From positions 244,289 through 308,288 of the forward strand of contig JAHJCU010000004.1 of the NCBI GenBank assembly GCA_018812925.1: a DNA stretch of 64,000 nt. The letters are read 5' to 3'. Source of the DNA: Candidatus Omnitrophota bacterium (GTDB lineage Bacteria; CAIJMQ01). Of this stretch, positions 10,269 through 20,271 are shown piece after piece (position 1 is the stretch's first letter; the number at the start of each line of letters is the position of its first letter). The notes below the pieces were generated by a model, which was not told the origin of the DNA, searched no databases, and was given only the letters and a program-made list of their open reading frames with translations. Position numbers and translations under genes: made by a program.

Positions 10269-11297
10269 TTATTCAAAAGTCGCGATTCTTCTTAAGAAAG
10301 CTATTTCGTCAAGACACTTACCTGCGCCAACTGCCACTGCAGTGAAAGGGTCTTCAGCCATAGTCACGGGAAGTCCTGTTTTTTCAGCAATAGTTTTATC
10401 CAACCCTTTAAGACAAGAACCTCCGCCGGCTAAAACTATACCCTTATCAACCAAATCTGCGGCTAATTCAGGCGGCGTTCTTTCTAATGTTTCTCTTATC
10501 ACTTTTAGAATTGCATCCACAGGAGGTTTTAACGCTTCCCTTACTTCTTCCGATGAGATAGTCAATGTTTTAGGAAGTCCCACAACCAAATCTCTTCCTT
10601 TAACTTGCATACTTGTCTCTTCTTCTTGTGGAAACGCGGAACCTATCTTTATCTTGACATCTTCGGCTGTTCTTTCTCCTATCATAAGATTATGTTTGTC
10701 TTTCATATGTTGAATTATTGCTTCGTTCATTTCATCTCCTGCAATTCTAATCATTTGACATTCCACAATTCCCGCCAAAGAAATGACTGCAACTTCACTT
10801 GTCCCGCCGCCGATATCAACAACCATATTCCCGCCTGGGGTTTGAACCGGCAAACCTGCGCCGATAGCCGCAGCCATGGGTTGTTCGACTAAATATACTT
10901 CCCGAGCACCTGCTTCTGTCGCGGATTCCTTAACAGCTCTTTTTTCAGCTTCAGTAATGCCGGACGCTATGGCTATTACCACTCTGGGACGAATAAGTTT
11001 TCTTCTACCATTGGCTTTGTTTATAAAATATCTCAGCATTGCTTCCGTCGCTTCAAAATCGGTAATTACTCCGTCTTTTAAAGGTCTTGTAGCCACAATA
11101 GAAGCAGGAGTTCTTCCAAGCATTTCTTTCGCTTCATTCCCTACCGCAAGTATGGTTTTAGAACCCTTATGAATAGCTATAACTGAAGGTTCGAACAAAA
11201 CAATACCTTTACCCTTAGCATATACCAAAGTATTGGCAGTGCCCAGATCTATACCCAGGTCATTAGAAGAAAAACCCCAGATACGATCAAATATCAT
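10269..11297 (-). CDS. mreB: Rod shape-determining protein MreB
   Basis: GIDLGTANT, DIGGGTSEVA, GGG actin-fold motifs; SD GGAGG. Confidence 0.96.
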   Translation of the reverse strand: MIFDRIWGFSSNDLGIDLGTANTLVYAKGKGIVLFEPSVIAIHKGSKTILAVGNEAKEMLGRTPASIVATRPLKDGVITDFEATEAMLRYFINKANGRRKLIRPRVVIAIASGITEAEKRAVKESATEAGAREVYLVEQPMAAAIGAGLPVQTPGGNMVVDIGGGTSEVAVISLAGIVECQMIRIAGDEMNEAIIQHMKDKHNLMIGERTAEDVKIKIGSAFPQEEETSMQVKGRDLVVGLPKTLTISSEEVREALKPPVDAILKVIRETLERTPPELAADLVDKGIVLAGGGSCLKGLDKTIAEKTGLPVTMAEDPFTAVAVGAGKCLDEIAFLRRIATFE

Positions 11298-11400
11298 ATT
11301 ATTACCTCCCGTTTTTTTAATTAAATATTAATTTTCTAAACATCCGCCGTAATTATATCCTTTTTTATAAAAAAAGCAAAACAAAATAAAATATAGTATA

Positions 11401-11769
11401 ATGTCGACCGATATGTTAAGGTCTCTATTAAAAACAAAAATAAACGGCGCTACCGTTACCCAAACACAACTTCATTATGAAGGAAGTATCACAATCGACG
11501 AAGAAATAATGGAGCAAGCCGATTTACTTCCTTTCGAAGAGGTTTGGGTATTGAATGTAAACAATGGCACGCGTTTTGTCACTTACTGCATAAAAGGAAA
11601 AAGAAATAGTGGGGCTATATGTCTAAACGGCCCCAGCGCAAGATTGACTCAAGTAGGAGATAAAATTATGATTGTCTGTTTTTCTTCCTTTTCACAGGAA
11701 GAGGCAAAAAATCATAAACCGAAATTAGTTTATCTTGGTGCAAGTAATAAAATTATAAAAATAACTTAA
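11401..11769 (+). CDS. panD: Aspartate 1-decarboxylase (start probably ATG 11413)
   Basis: YEG|SITID autocleavage site, NNGTRFVTY, LNGP.AR. Confidence 0.92.
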   Translation: MSTDMLRSLLKTKINGATVTQTQLHYEGSITIDEEIMEQADLLPFEEVWVLNVNNGTRFVTYCIKGKRNSGAICLNGPSARLTQVGDKIMIVCFSSFSQEEAKNHKPKLVYLGASNKIIKIT

Positions 11770-11790
11770 GCTGATTTTTTCCATCAGGAT

Positions 11791-12576
11791 TTAGCATTCT
11801 TCTCTTATACTTTGAATTGTCTCTGCTTTTCCGTCTTCATTAACTTGAATAATTACCGCATTTAGCAAACCTGTTCCTGAAGAAGGTTTCATTCTGTAGG
11901 GAATTCCCGTAAGAAATCTTTTTAAAACAATATCCGCTTCAACTCCTATTATAGAATCAATTGACCCGGTCATCCCCACATCGGTAATATATGCGGTCCT
12001 ATCAGGTAAAACGCAAGCGTCTGCGGTCTGAACATGAGTATGGGTTCCTATAACTGCGGAGACTTTGCCGTCCAAAAACCTGCCCATAGCTACTTTTTCG
12101 GATGTTGCTTCTGCATGAAAATCCACAATTATTATAGAGGTATGTTTTTTTATCAAAGCAATTTCTTCTAAGGCTTTTCTAAAGGGACAATCTACGATAG
12201 GCATAAAAACTCTACCGGATAAATTTATTACACCTACGGATATTCCGTTATCTGTTTTTGCAACACAAGCGCCGCAACCTGGAACACCGGGCGGATAATT
12301 TGCAGGCCTCAGTATTTTCTCATTATTATCAAGATGAGGGATTATCTCTTTTTTATCCCAAATATGATTGCCTGAGGTAATAACATCAATTCCTAATTCG
12401 AAAAGCTCCTGGGCTGTTTGGGGCGTTAAACCTACTCCTCCGGAAGCATTTTCTCCGTTTGCTATGCAAAGATTAAACTCTTTCTTATGGCAAGCGAGAT
12501 AATTTTTGACTAAGGTTCTTCCTGCTTTGCCAATTATATCTCCTATCACCAGAATTTTTATCATTGTCGAGATCAC
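11791..12576 (-). CDS. ymdB: YmdB-type metallophosphoesterase
   Basis: GDIIG, NGENAS, TSGNH, DFHAEATSEK, GTHTHV; downstream of rny. Confidence 0.93.
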   Translation of the reverse strand: MISTMIKILVIGDIIGKAGRTLVKNYLACHKKEFNLCIANGENASGGVGLTPQTAQELFELGIDVITSGNHIWDKKEIIPHLDNNEKILRPANYPPGVPGCGACVAKTDNGISVGVINLSGRVFMPIVDCPFRKALEEIALIKKHTSIIIVDFHAEATSEKVAMGRFLDGKVSAVIGTHTHVQTADACVLPDRTAYITDVGMTGSIDSIIGVEADIVLKRFLTGIPYRMKPSSGTGLLNAVIIQVNEDGKAETIQSIREEC

Positions 12577-12616
12577 ATAGTATATGGTTGACAGTCAATT
12601 AACTATAAACTATCAA

Positions 12617-12651
12617 CCCCGCCTGCTCTCGACAAAGGAGAGCGGGCAGGC
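12617..12651. repeat. REP-like hairpin (family D)
   Basis: CCCCGCCTGCTCTC...GAGAGCGGGCAGGC, inserted in an AACTAT 7-mer array. Confidence 0.75.
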
Positions 12652-12665
12652 ATACACTATTTCTA

Positions 12666-14237
12666 TTATTTCGCGTAATCTATCGCTCTTTTTTCCCTAA
12701 TAACGGTAATTTTAATCTGCCCCGCATACTCCATTTCTTTTTGAATTTTCTGGGACAAATCATGAGCCAAAATAGCAGTCTGGTCATCGCTAATCGCTTC
12801 TGGTTCAACCATTACCCTAACTTCTCTTCCAGCCTGAATGGCATAAGATTTTTTAACACCGTCAAAAGAGTTGGCAATGCTTTCCAGTTTTTCTAATCTC
12901 TTAATATAATTTTCCAGACTTTCTCTTCTTGCTCCGGGTCTTGCAGCAGAAATTGTATCAGCCGCCTGCAAAAGTGCAGCGTAAACATTTGAAGCGGATG
13001 TTTCAGCTTCATGATGACTTCTAACAGCATCTATTAAAACAGCCGATTCGTTGAATTTTTCCGCTAACTGAGCGCCAATTTGGGCATGCGAACCTTCCAC
13101 TTCATGGTCAACCGCTTTACCCAAATCGTGCAAAAGTCCTATTCTTTTGGCTAATTTTATATCTAACTTTAATTCTCCGGCCATTATTCCCATTAGAAAA
13201 GCCATTTCCACGGAATGTTGCAATACATTCTGTCCATAGCTTGTTCTATACTTCAGTCTGCCCAAAAGAATCTTTTCTTCCGGTTTTAAATCGTGTATGC
13301 CCAATTCAAAACAAGCTTTTTCTCCTTCTTCTCTGATAGATGCCTCTATTTTTTCTTTAACTTTGGTTACGACCTCTTCAATTCTGGCAGGATGTATTCT
13401 CCCGTCTGAAATTAATTTTTCAAGAGACATTCGGGCAATTTCCCTTCTAACCGGGTCAAATCCCGACAAAGTTACAGCTTCAGGCGTATCGTCAACAATA
13501 ACATTTACCCCTGTTGCGTTTTCTAAAGCCCTTATATTTCTGCCTTCTCTACCGATAATTCTTCCTTTCATCTCGTCAGATGGCAAAGCAACTACCGAAG
13601 CAGTGCTTTCTACAACCTGATCCATCGCAATTCTCTGAATGGAAAAAGATATAATCTCCTGAGCTTTTTTCTCGGAAATTTCTTTTATTTCATCTTCCAT
13701 CCTCTTGGTTAAAATTGCCTTTTGCTCTTTGAGCTCTTGTTCTATCCTTTCAAGAAGCAATTTCTTAGCTTCCTCTTCGGAAAGATGAGAAATCCTTTCC
13801 AAATTAGTTTTTTCTTCCTGTATGATTTGTTGTAAAGTATTATCTTTTTCAAGCAGGACTCTTTCCTTATCTTTAATTCTATCTATCCTTGCTTCAAACT
13901 CCCTTTCTTTTTGCTCCCACAACTCTAATTTTCTGTCTAAATTCTCTTCCCGATGTAAAATCTTTTCTTCTCTTGCGAAAAGTTCTTGTCTTCTTTTTTG
14001 GATTTCCGCATCGGATTTAGACCTTAATTGATATAATTCCTCCTTAGATTCAAGCTGCAGTTCTTTGCGTTTTGTCTCTACCTGGCTTTCCGCATCGGCA
14101 ATTAGTTTTTTGACCTGTTCTTCGGCTCTTTTTATTTTTCTTTCGCTTACGAATTTTCGGGAGAAATACCCGACAAAAAACAAGGTTATTCCTGCGAACG
14201 CAGAAATAATCAAAAATTTAATTGGCAATCTAATCAC
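12666..14237 (-). CDS. rny: Ribonuclease Y
   Basis: N-terminal TM, coiled coil, KH ([12 protein letters not shown]), HD (LLHDLGK), [10 protein letters not shown]. Start may be TTG 14228. Confidence 0.96.
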   Translation of the reverse strand: MIRLPIKFLIISAFAGITLFFVGYFSRKFVSERKIKRAEEQVKKLIADAESQVETKRKELQLESKEELYQLRSKSDAEIQKRRQELFAREEKILHREENLDRKLELWEQKEREFEARIDRIKDKERVLLEKDNTLQQIIQEEKTNLERISHLSEEEAKKLLLERIEQELKEQKAILTKRMEDEIKEISEKKAQEIISFSIQRIAMDQVVESTASVVALPSDEMKGRIIGREGRNIRALENATGVNVIVDDTPEAVTLSGFDPVRREIARMSLEKLISDGRIHPARIEEVVTKVKEKIEASIREEGEKACFELGIHDLKPEEKILLGRLKYRTSYGQNVLQHSVEMAFLMGIMAGELKLDIKLAKRIGLLHDLGKAVDHEVEGSHAQIGAQLAEKFNESAVLIDAVRSHHEAETSASNVYAALLQAADTISAARPGARRESLENYIKRLEKLESIANSFDGVKKSYAIQAGREVRVMVEPEAISDDQTAILAHDLSQKIQKEMEYAGQIKITVIREKRAIDYAK

Positions 14238-14246
14238 CCCCTTTAG

Positions 14247-14460
14247 ACCGCAGAGGGGATTAACATTTCAAATCCTGCCCAATAGACAGAAAAATTCTAA
14301 ATAAAGAGATTCTTCAAGAAATAACTTACTGTCTTTTTGCTCATTTCTCTCTACCGAACTTCCCAGTTTGCCAAAAGGCAAGAAAATTTTCAAATTCAAA
14401 TGTTAAAACCTATTTAGTTTGTTCTCTATATTAAATCAATAATCTTTTTCTCTGCGGTAA
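14247..14460 (-). ncRNA. Structured ~215-nt 5' leader of rny (cis-regulator or 6S-like RNA)
   Basis: Four nested complementary pairs close the region from the predicted TSS to the RBS; no family motif recognised. Confidence 0.4.
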
Positions 14461-14467
14461 CAGAAGA

Positions 14468-14496
14468 ATTATAAAAAATAGAAGAGTAAAAGTCAA
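14468..14496 (-). promoter_or_regulatory. Sigma70 promoter of rny leader
   Basis: TTGACT (14496-14491), 17 nt, TATAAT (14473-14468). Confidence 0.8.
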
Positions 14497-14643
14497 CCCC
14501 TGCCGCTTTTGCAACAGGCGGGAGAGCAAACCCGGGTTAGAGACAAATTTTACCTTCAAAGGCAGTATTTACTGCATTTTTGAATACAATTTATACGAAA
14601 TCTCATCCACAGAGAACCTAATTTCCAAAACCCTAATGCTTCG

Positions 14644-15750
14644 TCAAGACGAATCAGACCCAATAGATTTTCTGCCGATATGTTCAAGCAAAGCGATTAT
14701 GATAAATATTACAACAGCTTGCAGTAAAATTACCGTTGCTCCAAGTTTTCCAACCGCGAAAAGAAGCGTGGCATTTATTCCTATGCAAAAAGTGACCAGA
14801 TAAATAAAAGCAACAGCCTGCGGTTGAGTCATACCAAGCTGAACCAATCTATGGGAAAAATGATTTTTATCGCCAACAAAAAGAGGTTTTTTTCGAGATA
14901 ACCTAATAAGAACCACAGAAACCGTATCAAATATAGGTACTCCAAGAATAAGAAGAGGCATAACTACAGGCAAAAGAGTGGGGTTCCCTTTGGAATAAAA
15001 GGTGGACATAATAGTTAAAGTCGCTAACATAAATCCGAGCCACATACTTCCTGCATCGCCCATAAACATAGAAGAAGGATACCAATTAAAAATGAGAAAT
15101 CCCGCTAAAACGCCTGCAAAAATTACCAAAATAGAAGAAGTAAAAAGCTGATATTGTAAAGAAGTAATCCCCGCAAAGATTAATGTAGCAACCAGAGCCA
15201 CTCCACATGCCAACCCATCCATATTATCCATAAGGTTGAAAGAATTCATAAGAAGGACAAACCATAGGACTGTAAGCAATCCTCCGAAAAAAGTATTGGG
15301 CATAAAGAGGGTAATTCTCACTCCCCAAGAAACCATAAGAATGCCGATAACAGACGTGGAAAAAAGCTTGACATAAGCGTTCATACCCTTTATATCGTCG
15401 AACAAGCCAATAATCATAACTAATGTCCCTCCTAAAATAATTGGCAATATTTTAGAAATCACTCTTTGCAGGGGGGGTATTATCTCTATAATGGATTGCG
15501 GCATAAGCAACTTAAGACCGGGAGAATTCCAAAAAAATCTCAAGATAACTATGCCGATCACAATTGTCAGTATGAGAGAAAAGAAAAGCGCCAATCCGCC
15601 GAGAAGCGGTTTCGGCGATATGTGAACTTTTCTTTCAGAAGGAATGTCCAAAATATTGAATTTTAAGGCAATACTACGAAATAAAGGTGTTAATATCAGT
15701 GAGAAAAGAAAAGAAATAGCGAAAAGACCAGAATAGATAATTATCCACAT
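14644..15750 (-). CDS. MraY/WecA-family undecaprenyl-phosphate sugar-1-phosphate transferase
   Basis: Polytopic; RKVH..PKPLLGG, GLFDD, NLMDNMDGL, FMGDAGS, HFSHRL. Confidence 0.9.
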   Translation of the reverse strand: MWIIIYSGLFAISFLFSLILTPLFRSIALKFNILDIPSERKVHISPKPLLGGLALFFSLILTIVIGIVILRFFWNSPGLKLLMPQSIIEIIPPLQRVISKILPIILGGTLVMIIGLFDDIKGMNAYVKLFSTSVIGILMVSWGVRITLFMPNTFFGGLLTVLWFVLLMNSFNLMDNMDGLACGVALVATLIFAGITSLQYQLFTSSILVIFAGVLAGFLIFNWYPSSMFMGDAGSMWLGFMLATLTIMSTFYSKGNPTLLPVVMPLLILGVPIFDTVSVVLIRLSRKKPLFVGDKNHFSHRLVQLGMTQPQAVAFIYLVTFCIGINATLLFAVGKLGATVILLQAVVIFIIIALLEHIGRKSIGSDSS

Positions 15751-15813
15751 ATAATTTTATTAAAGATTTCAGATTAAAGATTTAAAATTCTTAAAATCTT
15801 GAATTTTTAATTA

Positions 15814-16785
15814 TCATTTACTTTTTTTCTTATAATACTCAATCACGTCTTTTATTATATCTTCCAAAGATTTTGTCGGTTTAAACCCGATTGTTTTAGA
15901 GATTTTTGATATATCGGGAACTCTATATTTCAAGTCTTCAAAATCATCACCGTAAACTTGTCTATAAGGAATATATTTAATTTGAGATTTGCTTTGAGTA
16001 AGTTGCTTAACCATTTCGGCTAATTGAGAAATATTAACAGGCTGAGGACTGCCCAAATTAAATATTTCACCATTTGTGTTCTCGTTTTCCATAAGAGAGA
16101 TTAAACCATTGACAGTGTCTTCTATATGGATAAAACTCCTCAATTGTTTTCCATCGCCATATACAGTTATCGGCTCGCCTTTTAACGCCTGTTCGACAAA
16201 CCTTGGAATAACCATACCATATTCCCCCACTTGTTTGGGACCGGATACGTTGAAAAGTCTTGTTATAACTATGGGCAACACTTTTTCTTTATGATAAGCA
16301 ATAGCCAAAAACTCATCTGTTGCTTTGCTGGCAGAATAACTCCATCTTAATTTTGTGGTTGGGCCCAGTATTCTGTCGGATTCCTCATTGAAAGGATAAT
16401 TTTCGCTTTTGCCATATATTTCCGACGAAGAAGTAATAAGTACCTTTTTTTTATCATGAGACGCAATTTCAAGAACATTTTCTGTCCCTTCAATATTAAT
16501 TCTTATGGATTTAATAAGATTTTCCATAATATATTTGACCCCAACTGCTGCTGCAAGATGATAAATTATCTCGCATTTATCTATTAGTTCTTTCAACAAG
16601 TCTTTATCTAATATGGAGCCCTGCTGGAAATGGAATCTGGGATTATTAAAAAGATGGGATATATTTTCTTTATTGCCCGTGGAAAAATCATCGATCGCAA
16701 ACACATCATTATTTTCTTTTAAAAGCAATCGTTCTGTTAAATTAGAGCCTATAAAACCAGCTGCGCCTGTTACCAAACATTGCAT
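15814..16785 (-). CDS. NAD-dependent nucleotide-sugar epimerase/dehydratase
   Basis: TGAAGFIG, SSSEIYG, YxxxK (YSASK). Confidence 0.92.
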   Translation of the reverse strand: MQCLVTGAAGFIGSNLTERLLLKENNDVFAIDDFSTGNKENISHLFNNPRFHFQQGSILDKDLLKELIDKCEIIYHLAAAVGVKYIMENLIKSIRINIEGTENVLEIASHDKKKVLITSSSEIYGKSENYPFNEESDRILGPTTKLRWSYSASKATDEFLAIAYHKEKVLPIVITRLFNVSGPKQVGEYGMVIPRFVEQALKGEPITVYGDGKQLRSFIHIEDTVNGLISLMENENTNGEIFNLGSPQPVNISQLAEMVKQLTQSKSQIKYIPYRQVYGDDFEDLKYRVPDISKISKTIGFKPTKSLEDIIKDVIEYYKKKSK

Positions 16786-16864
16786 TTTGTGCTCTTCCTT
16801 TTAATTAAAAAATAAAATTGTCGACGTATAACAATAACTCAAAAATAGAATATCACACATAAAG

Positions 16865-16897
16865 AATCTGCTACTCTTTCAAAAAGAGCAGCAGATT
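16865..16897 (-). terminator. Intrinsic terminator after the MC1 gene
   Basis: AATCTGCTGCTCTTT-TTG-AAAGAGTAGCAGATT stem (G.U pair favours minus strand) followed by CTTT. Confidence 0.6.
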
Positions 16898-16928
16898 TTA
16901 TAAAACCCTTAGGATTAATTGTCTTGCC

Positions 16929-16989
16929 AGCCTGCTTGCTTCTACGTTACCTGCTCTAATATAAAATCGGAATGTTGAGCGGGCAGGCA
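16929..16989. repeat. REP-like hairpins (family D)
   Basis: GCCTGCTTGC...CCTGCTC...GAGCGGGCAGGC. Confidence 0.6.
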
Positions 16990-16994
16990 ATCAC

Positions 16995-17291
16995 CTATAT
17001 CTTACTAAGTTTGTCTAACCGCACCTTTTTTACAGAAGGCTTATTAATCATATTCGGCATCCAATCAGGCGCATTATCAGGTTTTTTTACTTTCACTACT
17101 TTACCCTTAAAAACATGTAATCTCCACTTGCCGTCTTTTTTTCTTGAATGTTCTCTTAATTTGATAAGACCTTCATTATCCTTTAAACCTCTTGAAGCGG
17201 CTTTTAATGCAGCAGCTCTCGGTGACCTACCCGTAAAAACATGTTTCTCCTTACTGCCTATTCTTAAAGAATACTGTTTAACTGTGTCCAT
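16995..17291 (-). CDS. MC1-family non-histone chromosomal protein
   Basis: FTGRSPRAAALKAASRG, IKLRE, HVFKG, PDWMP..I.KP.VKK match the archaeal MC1 pattern; 98 aa, basic; SD AAGGAGG. Confidence 0.88.
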   Translation of the reverse strand: MDTVKQYSLRIGSKEKHVFTGRSPRAAALKAASRGLKDNEGLIKLREHSRKKDGKWRLHVFKGKVVKVKKPDNAPDWMPNMINKPSVKKVRLDKLSKI

Positions 17292-17394
17292 AGCTCTACC
17301 TCCTTTTGTTAAAAATTAAAGTTGTTTCAAAATAATCTAAAAGCTTTCCAAATCATCTGCGGATTAATAACCCCTATGCACGCTTGTTTATATC

Positions 17395-17423
17395 CTTATA
17401 TCAAAAAGAAACAGCATTGACAA
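17395..17423 (-). promoter_or_regulatory. Promoter of the MC1 gene
   Basis: TTGTCA, 17 nt, TATAAG preceded by TGn (extended -10). Confidence 0.6.
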
Positions 17424-17433
17424 GTCTTGTTTT

Positions 17434-18207
17434 TTATTTCCCTTTCAAAAAAGTAGAAATTTTTTTAGAAAAACTCGCTATCTTTTCACTGTTTGGATTC
17501 AGTTGAAGAGCTTTTTTTATATATGCGCGCGCTTGAACATAATCTCCGTTTTCAAAATACCACACAGCCACCATATAATACGCTTCCTCTTTCTTGTTAT
17601 TGAACATAAACTTCAATATCTTTTCCCATTGGCTTTTACCATATACCTTTTCTATTACCTCTTTGTTTTCCACGATATATCTTACTGCAAGCTTGTTGCG
17701 CTTAAATGAAGGTAGCATTGACTTAAATAATTTTAAAGACGTTTCGAATAATTCTTTTGCAGATTCTATTTCTCCAGGCATTTCTTCTCTAATTTTTACC
17801 ATCAATTCCTTAAAATCTTCCAAAGCTTCCGACAATTCTTCGTCGGTTTTGTTAAATCTTTGTCTTACTATATGGTCGTATTGTTCCAAAACATAAATAT
17901 GTTCCTTGAAACTCATTAATTGATGGAAAATTAAATGTATTGCGCGTTCAAAAGCGATTTCATGCGTCAGGAATTGGTGAGGTTTGTCTAAAAGATCGCG
18001 TATCAAATCTTTTAAATTCCAAAGCGGTCCCCTTTTTTCTTCCGTTCCCACCCATTCGGCAAAATGAACAAATTTAATTTTCCCTTCGCTTTTAAACTGC
18101 CGATATTCTTTTTTAAAATGCAAATAAGCGTTAAAAAATTGTTGGATGACATCTCTTAAAAACTCATCCCTCCTTTCTTCTAACCACATATTATCTTTCT
18201 GTTCCAT
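17434..18207 (-). CDS. Hypothetical helical protein with C-terminal TPR
   Basis: EAYYMVAVWYFENGDYVQARAYIKKALQLNP; SD GGGAG. Confidence 0.75.
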   Translation of the reverse strand: MEQKDNMWLEERRDEFLRDVIQQFFNAYLHFKKEYRQFKSEGKIKFVHFAEWVGTEEKRGPLWNLKDLIRDLLDKPHQFLTHEIAFERAIHLIFHQLMSFKEHIYVLEQYDHIVRQRFNKTDEELSEALEDFKELMVKIREEMPGEIESAKELFETSLKLFKSMLPSFKRNKLAVRYIVENKEVIEKVYGKSQWEKILKFMFNNKKEEAYYMVAVWYFENGDYVQARAYIKKALQLNPNSEKIASFSKKISTFLKGK

Positions 18208-18281
18208 TTTTCACTCCCTATATAAAAAAGCGTATGGTTTGTAACTTATGGCAGAAACTATAAACCATAAACTATCAACTT

Positions 18282-18962
18282 TCAACTCTCAACTATTTTC
18301 CCGTCTACAATTCTTATAATACGGTCCATCTTAAGCGCCAACTCTTCCTGATGGGTGGCTATAAATAATGTCCCCCCCATATTTCGTATTAAATTTAACA
18401 TAAGCTCTACAATTTTTTCTGCCGTTGCCTTATCAAGATTACCGGTGGGTTCATCCGCAAATAAAATTATAGGTTCATTTATTATAGCTCTGCCAACAGC
18501 CACTCTTTGCTGCTCTCCACCGGATAAAGCATATGGATAATGAGAAGCTCTTTGTGTAAGTTTTAATTCTTTCAGAATTTCTTTTGCTTTTTCTTTGACT
18601 TCGAATAAAAGTTGTTTATCTATTAAACCTGGTAACATGATGTTTTCCAATGCAGAAAGTTCGGGCAATAAATTAAAAAACTGAAATACGAACCCCATGT
18701 CTTTTTTCCTCAAATCAGCTCTTTGTTCATCCGAAAATTTGAGAATATCCTGTCCCTTCCAATAAATTTTGCCTTTAGATGGTCTTTCCAGTCCCGCCAA
18801 AAGACAAAGAAGAGTAGATTTACCCGCACCCGAAGAACCCAGCAAAGCAATTGACTGGCCTTCGTAAATTTCCAAATCAATTCCTCTTATCACTTCCAAG
18901 GAACTTTCACCTACCGGATAACTTTTGTGTAAACCCACGGCTTTTATCAAAGGGCTACTCAT
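18282..18962 (-). CDS. lolD: Lipoprotein-releasing ABC transporter ATPase
   Basis: GSSGAGKST, LSGGEQQRV, ADEPTGNLD; coupled to LolC/E gene. Confidence 0.88.
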   Translation of the reverse strand: MSSPLIKAVGLHKSYPVGESSLEVIRGIDLEIYEGQSIALLGSSGAGKSTLLCLLAGLERPSKGKIYWKGQDILKFSDEQRADLRKKDMGFVFQFFNLLPELSALENIMLPGLIDKQLLFEVKEKAKEILKELKLTQRASHYPYALSGGEQQRVAVGRAIINEPIILFADEPTGNLDKATAEKIVELMLNLIRNMGGTLFIATHQEELALKMDRIIRIVDGKIVES

Positions 18963-20175
18963 ATCTTAAAGTCTCCCCAACTGTTAGTTTCGATGCTCTT
19001 GATGCGGGATAAATCGTTGCAAGAAGACATATGAATAACGCCAATAATCCCACTACGGCAAACATCGTCCACTCCAGTTTAATGGGTAGATACGGCATAG
19101 AATATATTTCTTCGGACAGAGCAATAAAATGATATTTTTTGAGCAATATCCCAAGAACAAGACCAACAAGGCAACCTAATACCGCCCCGCAAAAACCAAT
19201 AATCAAACCTTGATATAAAAATATTTTCCTGATATCGGCAGAAGTGGCTCCTATGGCTTTAAGTATTCCTATCTGTCTTTTCTTTTCCATCACCATTACA
19301 ATCAATGTGGAAGCGATATTGAAAGACGCAACGATTACTATAAGAGTAAGAATAGTAAACATTGCTATTTTTTCAAGTTTCAACGCCTCGAAAAGCGTTC
19401 TATCCGTTTCCTGCCAAGTCCTTACTATAGATGCAGGACCAAGAAGAACCTGCAGTTTTTCTTTTACGGCTGGCGCTTTAAATACATCTTCTATTTTAAC
19501 TTGTATTCCGTCATACTCGCTTCCCAATCCGAGTAAATCCCGCGCATCTTCCAAAGACAAAAACACAAGCGAATTGTCATATTCGTACATTCCGGAATTA
19601 AAAAACCCTTTAACTTTAAACTTCTTAACTTTTAACTGCGTGGAAATAAGAGATACTTCGTCGTAATCAAAGAGACCTAAACCCTTCGCAAGTTCTTCGC
19701 CGATTAAAATCCCGCCATCTAAATCCGCTAATTCTGCAGCGTTCTTTTGTGGTTCTAAAACAAATTCATCCATTAAAACAGGTTTAATATATTTCTTTAA
19801 ATCCGTAACTTTGATTTCTTTCTGGAAATCAATGCCTTTAATTATTATTCCCTTAGCTCTTTCACGACACTGCAAAATTCCTTCGCCCCAAAGAACAGGG
19901 GAACTGGCAACAACACCATCCACTTGCTCTATTTTTTCGATAGTGGAAGATAAACCGTTAGAATCAGGAGAAAACATATTGACAACAATGTGCGGTTTTA
20001 ATCCCAATATCTTGTTTCTGATTTCTTCGCTAAATCCATTCATCACGCCCATCACAACAATAATCGCCGCAACCCCAAGCGCAATACCCAATATTGAAAT
20101 AAAAGTAGCAAAGGAAAGAAACCTCTTCCCCTTGCTCTTCATATGCCTAACCGCTAAAAAAAATCTGTAATCCAT
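18955..20175 (-). CDS. Lipoprotein-releasing permease LolC/E
   Basis: GIALGVAAIIVVMGVMNGF, EK.AMF, IGILKAIGA, TIYPA.RA. Start set at ATG 20175 because the longer TTG start lies in a 7-mer repeat. Confidence 0.9.
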   Translation of the reverse strand: MDYRFFLAVRHMKSKGKRFLSFATFISILGIALGVAAIIVVMGVMNGFSEEIRNKILGLKPHIVVNMFSPDSNGLSSTIEKIEQVDGVVASSPVLWGEGILQCRERAKGIIIKGIDFQKEIKVTDLKKYIKPVLMDEFVLEPQKNAAELADLDGGILIGEELAKGLGLFDYDEVSLISTQLKVKKFKVKGFFNSGMYEYDNSLVFLSLEDARDLLGLGSEYDGIQVKIEDVFKAPAVKEKLQVLLGPASIVRTWQETDRTLFEALKLEKIAMFTILTLIVIVASFNIASTLIVMVMEKKRQIGILKAIGATSADIRKIFLYQGLIIGFCGAVLGCLVGLVLGILLKKYHFIALSEEIYSMPYLPIKLEWTMFAVVGLLALFICLLATIYPASRASKLTVGETLRYE

Positions 20176-20271
20176 AGGTTTTAAAGATAAATCAAATATC
20201 AAAAATTAAAAATCAAATATACGTATAAAAAATTAAAAAATAGGATAGAGACCATAGCCCTTACAAACCCA

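Noticed and set aside
11401..11769. panD as inactive (KIN for the usual KIH)
   Set aside because: The GS cleavage site, Lys, Arg and Tyr motifs are retained; one substitution is not enough.
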